Of a stretch of DNA of 64,000 bases, positions 27,980 to 37,996 are shown one piece after another. Location: the IMG/VR virus record IMGVR_UViG_3300028603_000005, positions 27,662 to 91,661 of that record; one strand, 5' to 3'. Position 1 is the first letter of the stretch. Each line of letters opens with the position of its first letter. This stretch comes from a virus. Its lineage: Duplodnaviria > Caudoviricetes. The translations under genes and the position numbers were made by a program. The notes under the pieces are model-generated. The model saw only the letters and a list, made by a program, of their open reading frames with translations, had not been told where the DNA came from and ran no database searches.

Positions 27980-28701
27980 TTAATCTTTTTAATATTGTTA
28001 TCATTCTTTTTGTTATGGAATGATGAGTAGAAGGTTGGGTTAGGTTTTAATCTAACTTTTCTACTTCTATTATCTTCTACAATTAAATCAACTTTAGGTG
28101 TTACTACTACCAACTTAGTAGGTAAGCTATACTTTAAGACTGCGTTATCACTTGGTAAGTCAGTATTCATATATCTAAAACCTCTCTCAATCAAAGGGCT
28201 GATTTGAGGTAAGATAGTTTCTTTATCATCGACTCCACAAAGTAATTTAGTATTACCATAACCGATAATATCTAAAATGTAAACGAAGTCTACTTTAGGA
28301 TTACTTTGAGCGTATAAACTAGCTCCTACCATACCAGTTTCCTCTTTATCAAAGAAAACTATTTCTACTGGTTGATTAAACTTTTCAACATCTTTTAATT
28401 CTAACGCTAAACTAATTAGAGTAGCCACTGCGACTGTATTATCATTAATACCTACAGAAGTCCCCCACACATCATAATGTGCTCCAAAAGCTAAGGCTTT
28501 CTTTGTCTTAGAACCAAACCTAATAATAACATTTCTGGTATTGGTTTCACCACCTAATATTTGTAAACTATATTTAATACCAATCTCGTTTAAAATATTA
28601 GTTAGAGAATCAAATCTACTTAACTTACCATGGTTATCTATAAAGTATTTTACTATGTCTTTTACATCTTTAGAATTTTTAAAACCTACCATTAAACTCA
28701 C
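27916..28701 (-). CDS. M28-family metallopeptidase
   Basis: GAHYD, G.NDN, FFDKEETG..GA, LDIIG, SD, C-terminal H. Confidence 0.85.
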   Translation of the reverse strand: MSLMVGFKNSKDVKDIVKYFIDNHGKLSRFDSLTNILNEIGIKYSLQILGGETNTRNVIIRFGSKTKKALAFGAHYDVWGTSVGINDNTVAVATLISLALELKDVEKFNQPVEIVFFDKEETGMVGASLYAQSNPKVDFVYILDIIGYGNTKLLCGVDDKETILPQISPLIERGFRYMNTDLPSDNAVLKYSLPTKLVVVTPKVDLIVEDNRSRKVRLKPNPTFYSSFHNKKNDNNIKKINWSIAREIKGDMLEVIERWNK

Positions 28702-28912
28702 CTACTTCTATTACTAAGATATTATCCCCAGCAACTTTAACTGATACTATCTCGTGTAGTAGGTACTCCCAAGCTGTTTGATAAATGCGTAGAGCAGTTC
28801 CTTTAACAACTACTTTTCCACCGATTGTTACTACTACTTGTGTTTGTGTTGAAATTACTTCAATTTGTTCTTTTAAATTCATTGATATATCCTCCTTATT
28901 TTTATTTACCAA
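28679..28912 (-). CDS. hypothetical protein
   Basis: ORF. Confidence 0.55.
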   Translation of the reverse strand: MVNKNKEDISMNLKEQIEVISTQTQVVVTIGGKVVVKGTALRIYQTAWEYLLHEIVSVKVAGDNILVIEVGEFNGRF

Positions 28913-29307
28913 TTATTTAAGTCGTAACCTTGATTAAGTCTACTTATGAACTTTTTAATAAGTTTGTGAATTATACTAGGGATTTTTAAGCCTAGTGCTT
29001 CATAGTTTCTTTTTAACTGTTGTGGTCTACTAATTAAGATACTAATTAGTTTTAGTGTTCTGGAGTTGTATACCATAGTTAGACCTGTGTCTGTAATTAC
29101 ATGATATTCTGGACCATTCCAATGTTCTTTGTCAACCAAGAATGTGTCTACTGCGTTTCCGATATCTTCATTTAAGATTTCACGCCACTTTTTAAGTCTG
29201 TCATATCTGTCTACCATGTGAGCAGTTTCTCTAGAACTGTTCAGTAGTACATTGCCAAACTCTTTAGGTTCTTTTCTTAATACTTTATGAACTCTTTTAG
29301 GACCCAT
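28906..29307 (-). CDS. hypothetical early protein
   Basis: First ORF after a sigma70 promoter; SD AAGGAGG. Confidence 0.7.
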   Translation of the reverse strand: MGPKRVHKVLRKEPKEFGNVLLNSSRETAHMVDRYDRLKKWREILNEDIGNAVDTFLVDKEHWNGPEYHVITDTGLTMVYNSRTLKLISILISRPQQLKRNYEALGLKIPSIIHKLIKKFISRLNQGYDLNNW

Positions 29308-29337
29308 AAGTACCTCCTTCTTATCTATTCTGACTAT

Positions 29338-29366
29338 ATTATAACATCAAAGAAAAAGGTTGTCAA
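29338..29366 (-). promoter_or_regulatory. sigma70-type promoter TTGACA-17-TATAAT (extended TG)
   Basis: Perfect consensus. Confidence 0.9.
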
Positions 29367-29390
29367 CACTTTTTATTAAAAATTTGTAAA

Positions 29391-29426
29391 TAATAAAAAA
29401 CTCATTTTTTTCTGAGTTTTTTATTA
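29391..29426. terminator. rho-independent terminator, possibly bidirectional
   Basis: TAATAAAAAACTCA / TGAGTTTTTTATTA inverted repeat. Confidence 0.6.
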
Positions 29427-29451
29427 CGACAATGTTTGTATTTTAACAAGA

Positions 29452-29796
29452 TTACTTAATATAAATTTTACCATCTTCTGCGTAAAGTTTTTCATAAATT
29501 TTCTCAGGCTTAATGAGAACTCCTCTTACACCTAAGAACTCATCGGTTATTCCTAAGGCTTTCCTATACTCTTCCATGAATACATTGTTTGAGATTGGTT
29601 TTAACTCTTTAACGAAAGGAATTAAAGCTCTTAAACTTGTTTCAACATCTTTACTGAAAGATATATAAGCATTTCCTTCTTTTGGCTCAACTACTACTAA
29701 GATAATTCCTTTGTTTTTGACACAGTAGTATTCTGTGAAGTCGTCATGCTTTAAACTATACACTCCGTTTTTAATAATTCTTTTTGTATTACTCAT
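29452..29796 (-). CDS. hypothetical protein
   Basis: ORF. Confidence 0.65.
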   Translation of the reverse strand: MSNTKRIIKNGVYSLKHDDFTEYYCVKNKGIILVVVEPKEGNAYISFSKDVETSLRALIPFVKELKPISNNVFMEEYRKALGITDEFLGVRGVLIKPEKIYEKLYAEDGKIYIK

Positions 29797-30070
29797 AATC
29801 TTTCTCCTTTATTTTTAATACTTTATACTTAACATCATCTTCAACATCTTCAAATGCACAATCTAATTCTTCTTCTAAGCTGTTGATTAGGTCTTGTAAT
29901 TCTTTTAATGATTCACAGTTGTATACTGTGGTGATATTTACTTCAGGCTTACTTGACCTAAGTTCTTTAATTAAGTTCTTTGTTTCTAAAATACTTTCTT
30001 TTTTAGGAAGAGCACTAATTAGGTCTTCCAATAAGTCTGCTAATTTTTCGTTGTTAGTTATATTTGTCAT
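29789..30070 (-). CDS. hypothetical protein
   Basis: ORF. Confidence 0.6.
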   Translation of the reverse strand: MTNITNNEKLADLLEDLISALPKKESILETKNLIKELRSSKPEVNITTVYNCESLKELQDLINSLEEELDCAFEDVEDDVKYKVLKIKEKDYE

Positions 30071-30447
30071 TTAAGCTCTTCTATACTTTCTACTAATTTA
30101 CTAAAGATAATTTCTTTGAAGGCTTCATCATCAATTTGTGGTGCTCTCTTCATAGACACAACTATTGAGAAATGTGCTGATTCAATACTGTCTAAAATAT
30201 CAAGTCCTGTATTTCTTTTATCTAACCACTCTGTGTGGTTATAGATACTTTCTCTGTCTACTAAGACTTTGTTTTCTAAAACATCTCTAAGTAGTTTACT
30301 TTTAGCTTTTGCGATAAGTTTAAATACTTCAACATCATCTTCAGGGAAAACTGTTTCTAAATGTAAGAGCTCTAAATATCTGTTTCTTACATCAAGTTCG
30401 TTTTCTTCTATCCACTTTATTTTATCTTCTAATTTTTGATATATCAT
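30067..30447 (-). CDS. hypothetical protein
   Basis: ORF with SD. Confidence 0.65.
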   Translation of the reverse strand: MIYQKLEDKIKWIEENELDVRNRYLELLHLETVFPEDDVEVFKLIAKAKSKLLRDVLENKVLVDRESIYNHTEWLDKRNTGLDILDSIESAHFSIVVSMKRAPQIDDEAFKEIIFSKLVESIEELK

Positions 30448-30458
30448 TTTATTTCCTC

Positions 30459-31118
30459 CTACACCTCATAAACTTCACCGTTTTTAACTTTATAAACTTT
30501 GTCTGCTTTCTCAATAACATCTCTGTCATGAGTAACTATTACAAAAGTGTAATCTCGTTCTTCAGACAACCACTTTAAAAACTCTAAAACATTATTAAGA
30601 TAGTCTTTTGAATTTTCATCTTCAGGGTCTATCTTAGATATTTCTTTTAAGCCTTCATCAATAAACATATATTTACTTAGTCCATAGGCTTCTACATAAT
30701 AGATTTGGAGAAGTAATCCTAATGTAGCTAGGATACCTCCACCTACTGCATCTAAGATAGGTTGTTCAACACCATCTTCAACTAAAACTAATTCTAATCC
30801 AGGTCTTTTACTCTCTTCTTTTAACAGTAGTTTAATCGCATAGTTTTTGTCAGTGAATATTCTTTGTAAGGCAAAGGTTAAAAACTGCTCTAAGCTCTCC
30901 TTAGATACTTCTACGAGCTTCTCTAATAATAACTTACAAGCATAAACTACATTAGAGTTTAACTCTTGCTTATTAGTTAGTGAAGTTAGTTCTACTTCTA
31001 AGTTATCTTTGGTTTTTTGTAAGGACTTTTTATGTTCTTTTAAGTGGTTTAGTTTTGATTGAATTTTATCTAACTTGTTTAGTTTACTTTCTATCTCTAA
31101 ACTACTCATCAGTTTCAT
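30459..31118 (-). CDS. SbcC/Rad50-like ATPase, C-terminal half
   Basis: Coiled coil, signature-like GGG, Walker B FIDE, IVTHD. Confidence 0.85.
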   Translation of the reverse strand: MKLMSSLEIESKLNKLDKIQSKLNHLKEHKKSLQKTKDNLEVELTSLTNKQELNSNVVYACKLLLEKLVEVSKESLEQFLTFALQRIFTDKNYAIKLLLKEESKRPGLELVLVEDGVEQPILDAVGGGILATLGLLLQIYYVEAYGLSKYMFIDEGLKEISKIDPEDENSKDYLNNVLEFLKWLSEERDYTFVIVTHDRDVIEKADKVYKVKNGEVYEV

Positions 31119-31362
31119 TTAAGTATACCTCAGCTTCAGTTAGTTTTTTATTAACAACTTCTATCGCTTTAGCAACCTTTGCTTCTGCTTCTTCTAGAGA
31201 AGTAGTTTTAGTTAATTCTAAAACTTGTTGCTCTAAAACAACTCTTTGATTAGTTAAGGTGTTAACTGTGGCTTCTGCTTTAGCCCTTTCTATTCTTAAC
31301 ATATCTAAAGTGTTCTTAAGTCTTTCGTAGCGTTGTATTAAATCTTTATTTGCTGTTGACAT
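31102..31362 (-). CDS. small coiled-coil protein between the SbcC halves
   Basis: Heptad pattern throughout. Confidence 0.65.
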   Translation of the reverse strand: MSTANKDLIQRYERLKNTLDMLRIERAKAEATVNTLTNQRVVLEQQVLELTKTTSLEEAEAKVAKAIEVVNKKLTEAEVYLNETDE

Positions 31363-31364
31363 CT

Positions 31365-32465
31365 TTAAGCCTCCTTACATTCATCTAAAGTGTTGCCACA
31401 TAAAGGACATACTTTAAATTCAGACAATTCTTTTTCTATCTCAGAGATTGCTTTATCATACTCTGTGAGTTTATTTTCAGTAATACTTATCCTTGAGTTT
31501 AACTTATTGATTTCTAAAAATGCTTCATTTGTTTTTTCAAAACTATCTATCTTATCTTCTAAGCCATGTAAGTAATGTTCTATTCCAGATATCTTATTAT
31601 TGATAAGTAGTAGTTTATCACTCTCTCTTAATAGGGTGTTGTGTTGTATATTAATATGTTCTAACTCAGAGCCGATACTCTCAATTAGCTTTATTGATTT
31701 ATCTAATCCTTTTATTTTAGATTCTACATCAGATATTATAGTGTTGTTTTGGTCTACTTTATATTTGGCTTCATCAATTTGTTTATCTATTGATAGTAAG
31801 TCATTCTTAATCGTGTTGTGTTTAATGATTAAGTTATAAAGTGCTTTTAACTCATTTAAGTTAATATCTTCTATTGGTGCTAACTTCTTAATTAAGATAT
31901 CATTATCTCTGATTTCATTTGTCTTAGAGTTGATTTGAGCATTGATAATATCAAGTTGTTTAGTGTTATCTTTATACTCTGCTTCTTGAAGGTCTTTTAA
32001 TGTTGTTACTACTTCTTGCTCTTTAGATTTAGAAATGAAGTCAAACAACTGATAAGCTGTCCTATCTACTAAGAAAGGTTTATCCATTTGCTTCCAGAAG
32101 TTAATTTGAAATCTATCATTGTTAACTTCTACTTCTGGCATATTCATTAGCTCTGCTACTTCTGGTAATTGCTTTTGACCTATCTTATTATAAGTTGTTC
32201 CATTAACTTGATAGAAAGACTTACCCTGCTTTTTAGACTTGTTCCAAAGTAAAGTATTGGCTCCAACAGACAGAGAGACTTCAGCGTTATCTGAATCATA
32301 GTTAATAAAACTATCTCCACCTTGATTATTAACTGCTCCTCTAATTGCTCTAATTATGGAAGACTTACCATTGTTGGTACCACCTATGATAGCGTTGACA
32401 CCTTTGGTGAAGTTTAGCTCTGCTTCTTTAATTGCTTGGTAATTTTTAATTTTTACTTTCATCAA
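31365..32465 (-). CDS. SbcC/Rad50-like ATPase, N-terminal half ending in the zinc hook
   Basis: IKNYQ, Walker A GGTNNGKSS, Q-loop, coiled coil, terminal CPLCG. Confidence 0.85.
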   Translation of the reverse strand: MMKVKIKNYQAIKEAELNFTKGVNAIIGGTNNGKSSIIRAIRGAVNNQGGDSFINYDSDNAEVSLSVGANTLLWNKSKKQGKSFYQVNGTTYNKIGQKQLPEVAELMNMPEVEVNNDRFQINFWKQMDKPFLVDRTAYQLFDFISKSKEQEVVTTLKDLQEAEYKDNTKQLDIINAQINSKTNEIRDNDILIKKLAPIEDINLNELKALYNLIIKHNTIKNDLLSIDKQIDEAKYKVDQNNTIISDVESKIKGLDKSIKLIESIGSELEHINIQHNTLLRESDKLLLINNKISGIEHYLHGLEDKIDSFEKTNEAFLEINKLNSRISITENKLTEYDKAISEIEKELSEFKVCPLCGNTLDECKEA

Positions 32466-32483
32466 CTAACCCCTTACTCTATA

Positions 32484-32511
32484 CTATAGTGTGTTTTCTT
32501 CAAGTTTATAT
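32484..32511 (-). promoter_or_regulatory. phage promoter motif ATATAAA-N12-ACACTATAG
   Basis: Exact consensus. Confidence 0.8.
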
Positions 32512-33030
32512 TTAAGGAATAGTTACTGCTAATTCAGGAAATCTGTAGAGTGTTTCTATACAACTGACTATGTTCCAAAGGAAAGCTGTTTTATGGTCTT
32601 CATCATTTTCACCATTAAGGTGTTGAGTTAAGTGTCTTAATGCAGAATCAATAAAGACTTCCATAGGTCTACCTTTTTCCCAATCCCTTGCTTCATATTT
32701 AGAAGCACCTTTTTCATAAAGGATTGCTAAAGCTTTAATTGCTTCAAACTCTGTTTCATACTTTTCAAGAATAAAGAATTTAGCAATCTTAGCTAAGGAT
32801 TGTATTTTTAAATCTACAACATCGTGTCTATATACAGAACTAATCTCACCCATTATATATGAGAATAGGTTAGGTCTATCTTCTATATAGATTTGTCTTA
32901 TACCAATTTCTAAAACATCTGATAAAGCTCGGTGTGGTAGTAAGTTATACTTGCCACGACCTTCTACAATTTCTTTAGATGAACCTGTATCAAATACTGT
33001 TCTCTGACCTGTATCTTTTAAATCAGTCAT
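32512..33030 (-). CDS. dATP/dGTP diphosphohydrolase-like protein (DUF5664-type)
   Basis: D.G.R..F.TG, G.Y.LLP, GASKY..RDWEKG, DSALRH, DH..A..WN. Confidence 0.75.
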   Translation of the reverse strand: MTDLKDTGQRTVFDTGSSKEIVEGRGKYNLLPHRALSDVLEIGIRQIYIEDRPNLFSYIMGEISSVYRHDVVDLKIQSLAKIAKFFILEKYETEFEAIKALAILYEKGASKYEARDWEKGRPMEVFIDSALRHLTQHLNGENDEDHKTAFLWNIVSCIETLYRFPELAVTIP

Positions 33031-33247
33031 AGTAAAACCTCAACTCTTCCCACTTGGTGATAATCTTTTTATAATCTTCATCTTCAAACTCTCTAATACC
33101 GTACTTATTTACTGGCTTCTCCCAAGCATTAAACATAGCGTTAAACTCATGATAGTTAATGTTCTTTATTAGAGCACCACATAAAAAGAGAAGTTGTTCT
33201 TTTAGTTCTTCCTGTGTCATGTATTTAGTAATATCGCTGTATTGCAT
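33023..33247 (-). CDS. hypothetical protein
   Basis: ORF. Confidence 0.55.
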   Translation of the reverse strand: MQYSDITKYMTQEELKEQLLFLCGALIKNINYHEFNAMFNAWEKPVNKYGIREFEDEDYKKIITKWEELRFYYD

Positions 33248-33369
33248 GTTCTATACCTACTTTCCTTTTCTTGCTCTAAGGCGTTCGCTTTCCCTAATAG
33301 CCCACTCTCTTCTACGTCTTTGGTCTGATTCTTCTTTTTCATATTGGCTTTTATAATTATAAACCACCC

Positions 33370-34899
33370 CTATGTTTTCATCCAAAGTAATTCATCTTTC
33401 ATAAGCTCAATATCTTCTAAACTTACTGGTAATAACTCAGTAGGTAATAGATTACTTCCACCAACAATGTTTTTGATTGGCACAGAGTTGGCTACTATTC
33501 TATTCTTCTTATATGTATCTATAGTGCCTTCTGCCTCTAAAGTATATACATAGAATTTATCATAAAGTGAATCCATACGAGTAATTCTGCCACACGCCTG
33601 AATAAATTGCCTTAAAGCAAAAGGTATTTCATAGAATATTAAGTTATTTGCTTTCTGTAGATTTACAGATTCGGTTCCAGCAGAAGTGATTAACACAACA
33701 CTCTTAGGAGTAATTGCTTTCTCAACTTTCTTTCTAACTTCTGTTGAAACACTTCCTGAGATTTCAAAGATAGCTTTAATACCTAATTTATCTTTCAATA
33801 CATTTAGAATATATTTAACTCTTTCTAATGTTTCTATGTATGAAAAGTAAATTAAAGTTGCTTCATTTTTATCAAACACTTCTTTCACAGTGCTTATTAG
33901 TAAAAGCTCTTTTTCTGTGAGTTGTCTTTTATCAGTTAGGACTTCAAACTGAGGGTGAGAGTTAGAAACAACTCTCTGTAAATCATGTAATCTGGCAGCG
34001 TTATGGTTTTGTTTCTTTCTTAACTTACCAGACTTTAATCTTGTTCCACTAAAGATTCCTTCTGCTGCTCTTTTATAAAAAGCTAGGTTAGCAGGAGTTA
34101 GTAAAGCTGACCTAAAGATATACTCAACATCATAGTGTTTAGATTTAATAATACTAATCTCTGAAAATCTTTGTTGAAGGATATCTAAATTTTGATAACC
34201 TACTACTCTACTCGTTGTTATCTTTTTACGACTACCACCTTTAGTTACCCAAATATAATCTTTCTCACTTATCATATACTTGTTTCTAAAAGCGTGTATG
34301 TTTCCATGAGAGAAGTTTGGCTGGATTAAGGTTACCATTCTAAAGAAGCCATCTAAGTCATTTAGAATAGGTGTAGCAGTTAAGAACCACATTCCAATAA
34401 ACCAAGGACGCATATGATAAACCATTTGATATTGAATAGTATTTTCATTTTGTAGTGCGTGTGCTTCATCTGCAATCAACCAAAGGTTTTTATGTTTTAA
34501 TTTCAACTTCTTTAAGGTTTGAAAATAGTAATTATTTTTAAGCCCTTCTCTAGTAAAGTCTTTACCTACAGTAGAGTAATTAAAGATATGAAATCTAGCA
34601 TTAGGTTGTGTTTGAGTTTTGGTAGCAGTAAAGATATTATAAGCTATTCCAAAGTCTTTCTTAAACGTATCTGTGAAAGCTTTAACTGCACTTCCAGGAA
34701 GTAGTAAAGCAAAGTGAATATCATCTTCTTTTCTTTCAAGTATCTTATGGATAGCAGCAGTTAGTGTAGAATATGTTTTACCAAAACCTGTTTGAGCACA
34801 GTTGAAAAAGAAATCATTTTCAAGTAGTTTTTCAACTATCTCGTTTTGGTCTTTCGTTAGGATTTTATTTGTCTTAGTCTTTAATGTATAATCTCTCAA
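33370..34899 (-). CDS. SNF2-like SF2 helicase
   Basis: TGFGKT, DEAH, TATP, AGTESVNLQ, QACGRITR. Confidence 0.9.
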   Translation of the reverse strand: MRDYTLKTKTNKILTKDQNEIVEKLLENDFFFNCAQTGFGKTYSTLTAAIHKILERKEDDIHFALLLPGSAVKAFTDTFKKDFGIAYNIFTATKTQTQPNARFHIFNYSTVGKDFTREGLKNNYYFQTLKKLKLKHKNLWLIADEAHALQNENTIQYQMVYHMRPWFIGMWFLTATPILNDLDGFFRMVTLIQPNFSHGNIHAFRNKYMISEKDYIWVTKGGSRKKITTSRVVGYQNLDILQQRFSEISIIKSKHYDVEYIFRSALLTPANLAFYKRAAEGIFSGTRLKSGKLRKKQNHNAARLHDLQRVVSNSHPQFEVLTDKRQLTEKELLLISTVKEVFDKNEATLIYFSYIETLERVKYILNVLKDKLGIKAIFEISGSVSTEVRKKVEKAITPKSVVLITSAGTESVNLQKANNLIFYEIPFALRQFIQACGRITRMDSLYDKFYVYTLEAEGTIDTYKKNRIVANSVPIKNIVGGSNLLPTELLPVSLEDIELMKDELLWMKT

Positions 34900-35298
34900 T
34901 TAGTTCACTCCATAAATAACATTACCAATCATGTATACTACAGTTTTGTAAAAGTCTAATCTTTTACGACCTGCTTCAATCTTACTATCTATTTCTTTAG
35001 CCAAAGTGTTTAAGTTGTCTACAGTAGAATCTACTAAGCGTATATCTTCTCTAGAAACAGCTTTAACTTTGGTGCCATTAAAATAGGCAATTAAAGCAAA
35101 ACAAGTTGATTTATAATCACTCAACTTTTCGTAGTATACTTGGTCGTTTCTATAGTGCGTTCCTAAGACAACCTTATCATTTAATTTTACATAGTCTGGT
35201 AGTGTAGTTAGATTGTTTTCTTTTAACCAAGCTCTAACTTCATTTTTAAAGTCCTCAACTACTTGGACTGTTTCTTTTACTCCCATAAACTCCTCCAC
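34900..35298 (-). CDS. hypothetical protein (probable start at MGVKE)
   Basis: ORF after a phage promoter; SD GGAGGAG lies before the internal ATG. Confidence 0.65.
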   Translation of the reverse strand: MEEFMGVKETVQVVEDFKNEVRAWLKENNLTTLPDYVKLNDKVVLGTHYRNDQVYYEKLSDYKSTCFALIAYFNGTKVKAVSREDIRLVDSTVDNLNTLAKEIDSKIEAGRKRLDFYKTVVYMIGNVIYGVN

Positions 35299-35301
35299 AT
35301 A

Positions 35302-35329
35302 CTATAGTGAATTTTAACTCTTTTTATAT
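35302..35329 (-). promoter_or_regulatory. phage promoter motif ATATAAA-N12-TCACTATAG
   Basis: One mismatch to consensus, same spacer. Confidence 0.75.
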
Positions 35330-36292
35330 AGGCTCCATATCAGGAGTTAATTTTAATGTTTCAGGGTCTTGTTTGAAAGCCCAAGCTAATCCCATAGAAT
35401 TACCTATTTCTAATCCTGAGATAATTGGAACAGGTTTTCCTGGCATTTCGTGATACATTAAGTCTCCTATTATTTTAACTATCTCTTCTGTGTGTTCTTT
35501 AGATACACTAACATTAATCTCATCATGGATTGTATTTAGAAAGATAGCTTTATCTTTATACTCTGGGTTGTTAAATACTTTATGATAGAGTTTAATTAAA
35601 GCTAACTTAGTCATCTCTGCTCCTGCAGATTGAACTGGAAAGTTATAACTTCTTCTTTTACCTGCATTAGTAATATAACCATACTGAGTAATATAGTTAG
35701 ACATTCTACGCTTTCTACCATAAAAGTTAACTATCTCTTGGTGTTCTTGAGCATAGAGGGCAAACTTATCTAAAGTCATTTTAATGTTAGGTAATCCTTC
35801 AAAGAACTTATCAATATAACTCTGAGCTTCTTCTTGAGATACTTTTAATTGTTCTGCTAAGTTAACTGCTGTAACACCATAAACTAAACCAAAGTTTAAG
35901 GTCTTAGCTGCTCTACGCTTATCACTGTCGTAATTCTCTTTACCCCAGATTGTTTCTGCTGTGGCTCTGTGAATATCTTCACCATTTAAGAAGGCATCAA
36001 CCCAAGCTTGTTCTAATGATAAGTTAGCTAAGATTCTAAGCTCTTGACCAGAGAAGTCTCTTGATACCCAATAGTGTCCCTTCTCAGGCAAAAAAGCTCT
36101 CCTAAAGTTTAGGTCAGCATCGTTACCTTCTATTTGTCCTATACTGTCTTCTCTTAAGTCAGTAGTAAATTCATAACCTAAGACTGTGTAGATTGGGTCT
36201 GATGTTTCATCAGCTAATCTTACATAGTAATTTTTAGGGTGTGGTTTAGGCACTTGTTGTATATTTATTTCTGCGAAAAATGCTTTGTCCAA
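35324..36292 (-). CDS. family A DNA polymerase, C-terminal subunit (palm/fingers)
   Basis: NIQQVP, motif A DFSGQELR, motif B RRAAKTLNFGLVYG, motif C TIHDE; own SD AAGGAG and TTG start. Confidence 0.9.
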   Translation of the reverse strand: MDKAFFAEINIQQVPKPHPKNYYVRLADETSDPIYTVLGYEFTTDLREDSIGQIEGNDADLNFRRAFLPEKGHYWVSRDFSGQELRILANLSLEQAWVDAFLNGEDIHRATAETIWGKENYDSDKRRAAKTLNFGLVYGVTAVNLAEQLKVSQEEAQSYIDKFFEGLPNIKMTLDKFALYAQEHQEIVNFYGRKRRMSNYITQYGYITNAGKRRSYNFPVQSAGAEMTKLALIKLYHKVFNNPEYKDKAIFLNTIHDEINVSVSKEHTEEIVKIIGDLMYHEMPGKPVPIISGLEIGNSMGLAWAFKQDPETLKLTPDMEPI

Positions 36293-36304
36293 ACTATCTA
36301 CTCC

Positions 36305-36817
36305 TTAAATTAGTTCCCACTCAACGAAGGCTTTTTTAATGTAGTTGCTTATTCTCTCTTCTAAAGTTTCTCCTATGAACCAAAACTTTTGAGTATAGTT
36401 GTTAACATCATATTTTACTTCTCCTGAAGGTAAAACACTAAATGTAATTCTTCTGTAGTCATCTATATAACTAGCACCTTTAGCATAGATAGTTATATCA
36501 TACTGACCATCGTAAACATTAAAGCTTTCATCAATCTTTTTATCTATAGTTACATTTATATTTTTATAATATCCACCATGACTAATACCACCTAAGTATT
36601 TTTTAATTGCTTCAATTACTTCTTTAATGGTGTCCTTAGGAATTATATTTTCAAGTTCTTCTACTAGACAGAAAGGGATTACATTAAGCGACACATCAAT
36701 GTTGTATTTGTGTTCACAATTACTACAAGTTACTTCTACATTACTTGTGAAGTTTTTAGTTATTGTTATATCACTTTGGTTTGGTGATTTACAATAAGGG
36801 CAAGTACTATTTATCAT
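36305..36817 (-). CDS. zinc-ribbon hypothetical protein
   Basis: CPYC...CSNC at the N-terminus. Confidence 0.65.
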   Translation of the reverse strand: MINSTCPYCKSPNQSDITITKNFTSNVEVTCSNCEHKYNIDVSLNVIPFCLVEELENIIPKDTIKEVIEAIKKYLGGISHGGYYKNINVTIDKKIDESFNVYDGQYDITIYAKGASYIDDYRRITFSVLPSGEVKYDVNNYTQKFWFIGETLEERISNYIKKAFVEWELI

Positions 36818-37772
36818 CTTCTTCTCCTCCTAATAAATCTAATAAGTTGTCTATATCTTTTAAGTCAACTTCAATGGTTTCGTTTTTCTTTACTTCTACT
36901 ACTTCAAACTTTTGCTCAGGTATTTCTACGCCAACTATCTCATGGATTTGATTAAATCTAACATAGTATAGACCAATGTTTTTAATATCATACTTATTTA
37001 ACATTTTGTTTAGTTCAAAATAACTAAGCACCTGTTTCATATAGTTAGAATGATTTGTTTTTATATTTCCTGTAGTCTTGATATCAATTAAAGTATCACC
37101 AGCAATTAGGTCTCCTGTACCTTCTAAAACTAAGTCTTTATTACCAATATCAAACCTTGGATTAAAGATTATTTTATCCTTCGTTAAAAGGAAGTCTGTG
37201 AAGTCGTTTTTAGCAACTTCAAGTAGTTGTGTTACTTCTGCTACTAAGGTAGCGTGTTCAAATGACTGTGGATTTACTACTTCCAAATCTTTGGGGAAGT
37301 AGCCACCACTCTTTTCATAAGCTTCAAACCAAGCTAGTGTTACAGCGTAATTTACAATACTGTTGAAAGGTATGTGTCCTTCTTTATTTACTTTAAGTTC
37401 TTCCACTCTTTCTAAAGTATTATAGAATAGTTGTTCAAGAGTTATATCGTACTCTGCTAGTTTAGTTGAGGCTTCCTTCATTACTTCTGGCTCTTTAGTA
37501 AAGACTGAATGTTTTAGATATTGCTTGATACTTGCTTTAGGGTGTTTCAAAGCAAGAAATAACTTAAAGGCAATATCAAAAGCTGAGCCAACTGTTTGAG
37601 CTCTCCTTCTTGATTGAGCATTTAAGTAGTCTGCCACTAAGGTAGACTCTTTTAATGTTTCAGGTAAATTTAAGAGATTAGTATAATTGTTTATCTTTTC
37701 TTTAAACAAGTGTAATCTTTTGTCTGTAAGGTTTTTAGTTGTTAACAACTTAGTAACGTTCATATTCTTCAT
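36807..37772 (-). CDS. PD-(D/E)XK nuclease-like protein
   Basis: GSAFD, GTGDLI...LIDIKTT, KQVLSY. Confidence 0.7.
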   Translation of the reverse strand: MKNMNVTKLLTTKNLTDKRLHLFKEKINNYTNLLNLPETLKESTLVADYLNAQSRRRAQTVGSAFDIAFKLFLALKHPKASIKQYLKHSVFTKEPEVMKEASTKLAEYDITLEQLFYNTLERVEELKVNKEGHIPFNSIVNYAVTLAWFEAYEKSGGYFPKDLEVVNPQSFEHATLVAEVTQLLEVAKNDFTDFLLTKDKIIFNPRFDIGNKDLVLEGTGDLIAGDTLIDIKTTGNIKTNHSNYMKQVLSYFELNKMLNKYDIKNIGLYYVRFNQIHEIVGVEIPEQKFEVVEVKKNETIEVDLKDIDNLLDLLGGEEDDK

Positions 37773-37801
37773 TTTTAGTAATCCTCCTATCTTACTATCT
37801 T

Positions 37802-37987
37802 CTACAATAAGAAGCCAACACCTAATATAAAGAAAGTGTCTATTATCATATCTGCTATGTGGAATTTAGCTTCTTCATTTTTTACATATTTGTATTTTCT
37901 GTTTGACATTATTAAATTTAAGGAGTTAGCTAATAAGTTAAGTCCTAAGTAAGTCAATAACATTATCTTGAATAGGTTGTAAACCAT
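37802..37987 (-). CDS. small membrane protein
   Basis: Two hydrophobic segments. Confidence 0.5.
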   Translation of the reverse strand: MVYNLFKIMLLTYLGLNLLANSLNLIMSNRKYKYVKNEEAKFHIADMIIDTFFILGVGFLL

Positions 37988-37996
37988 AATTATCTT

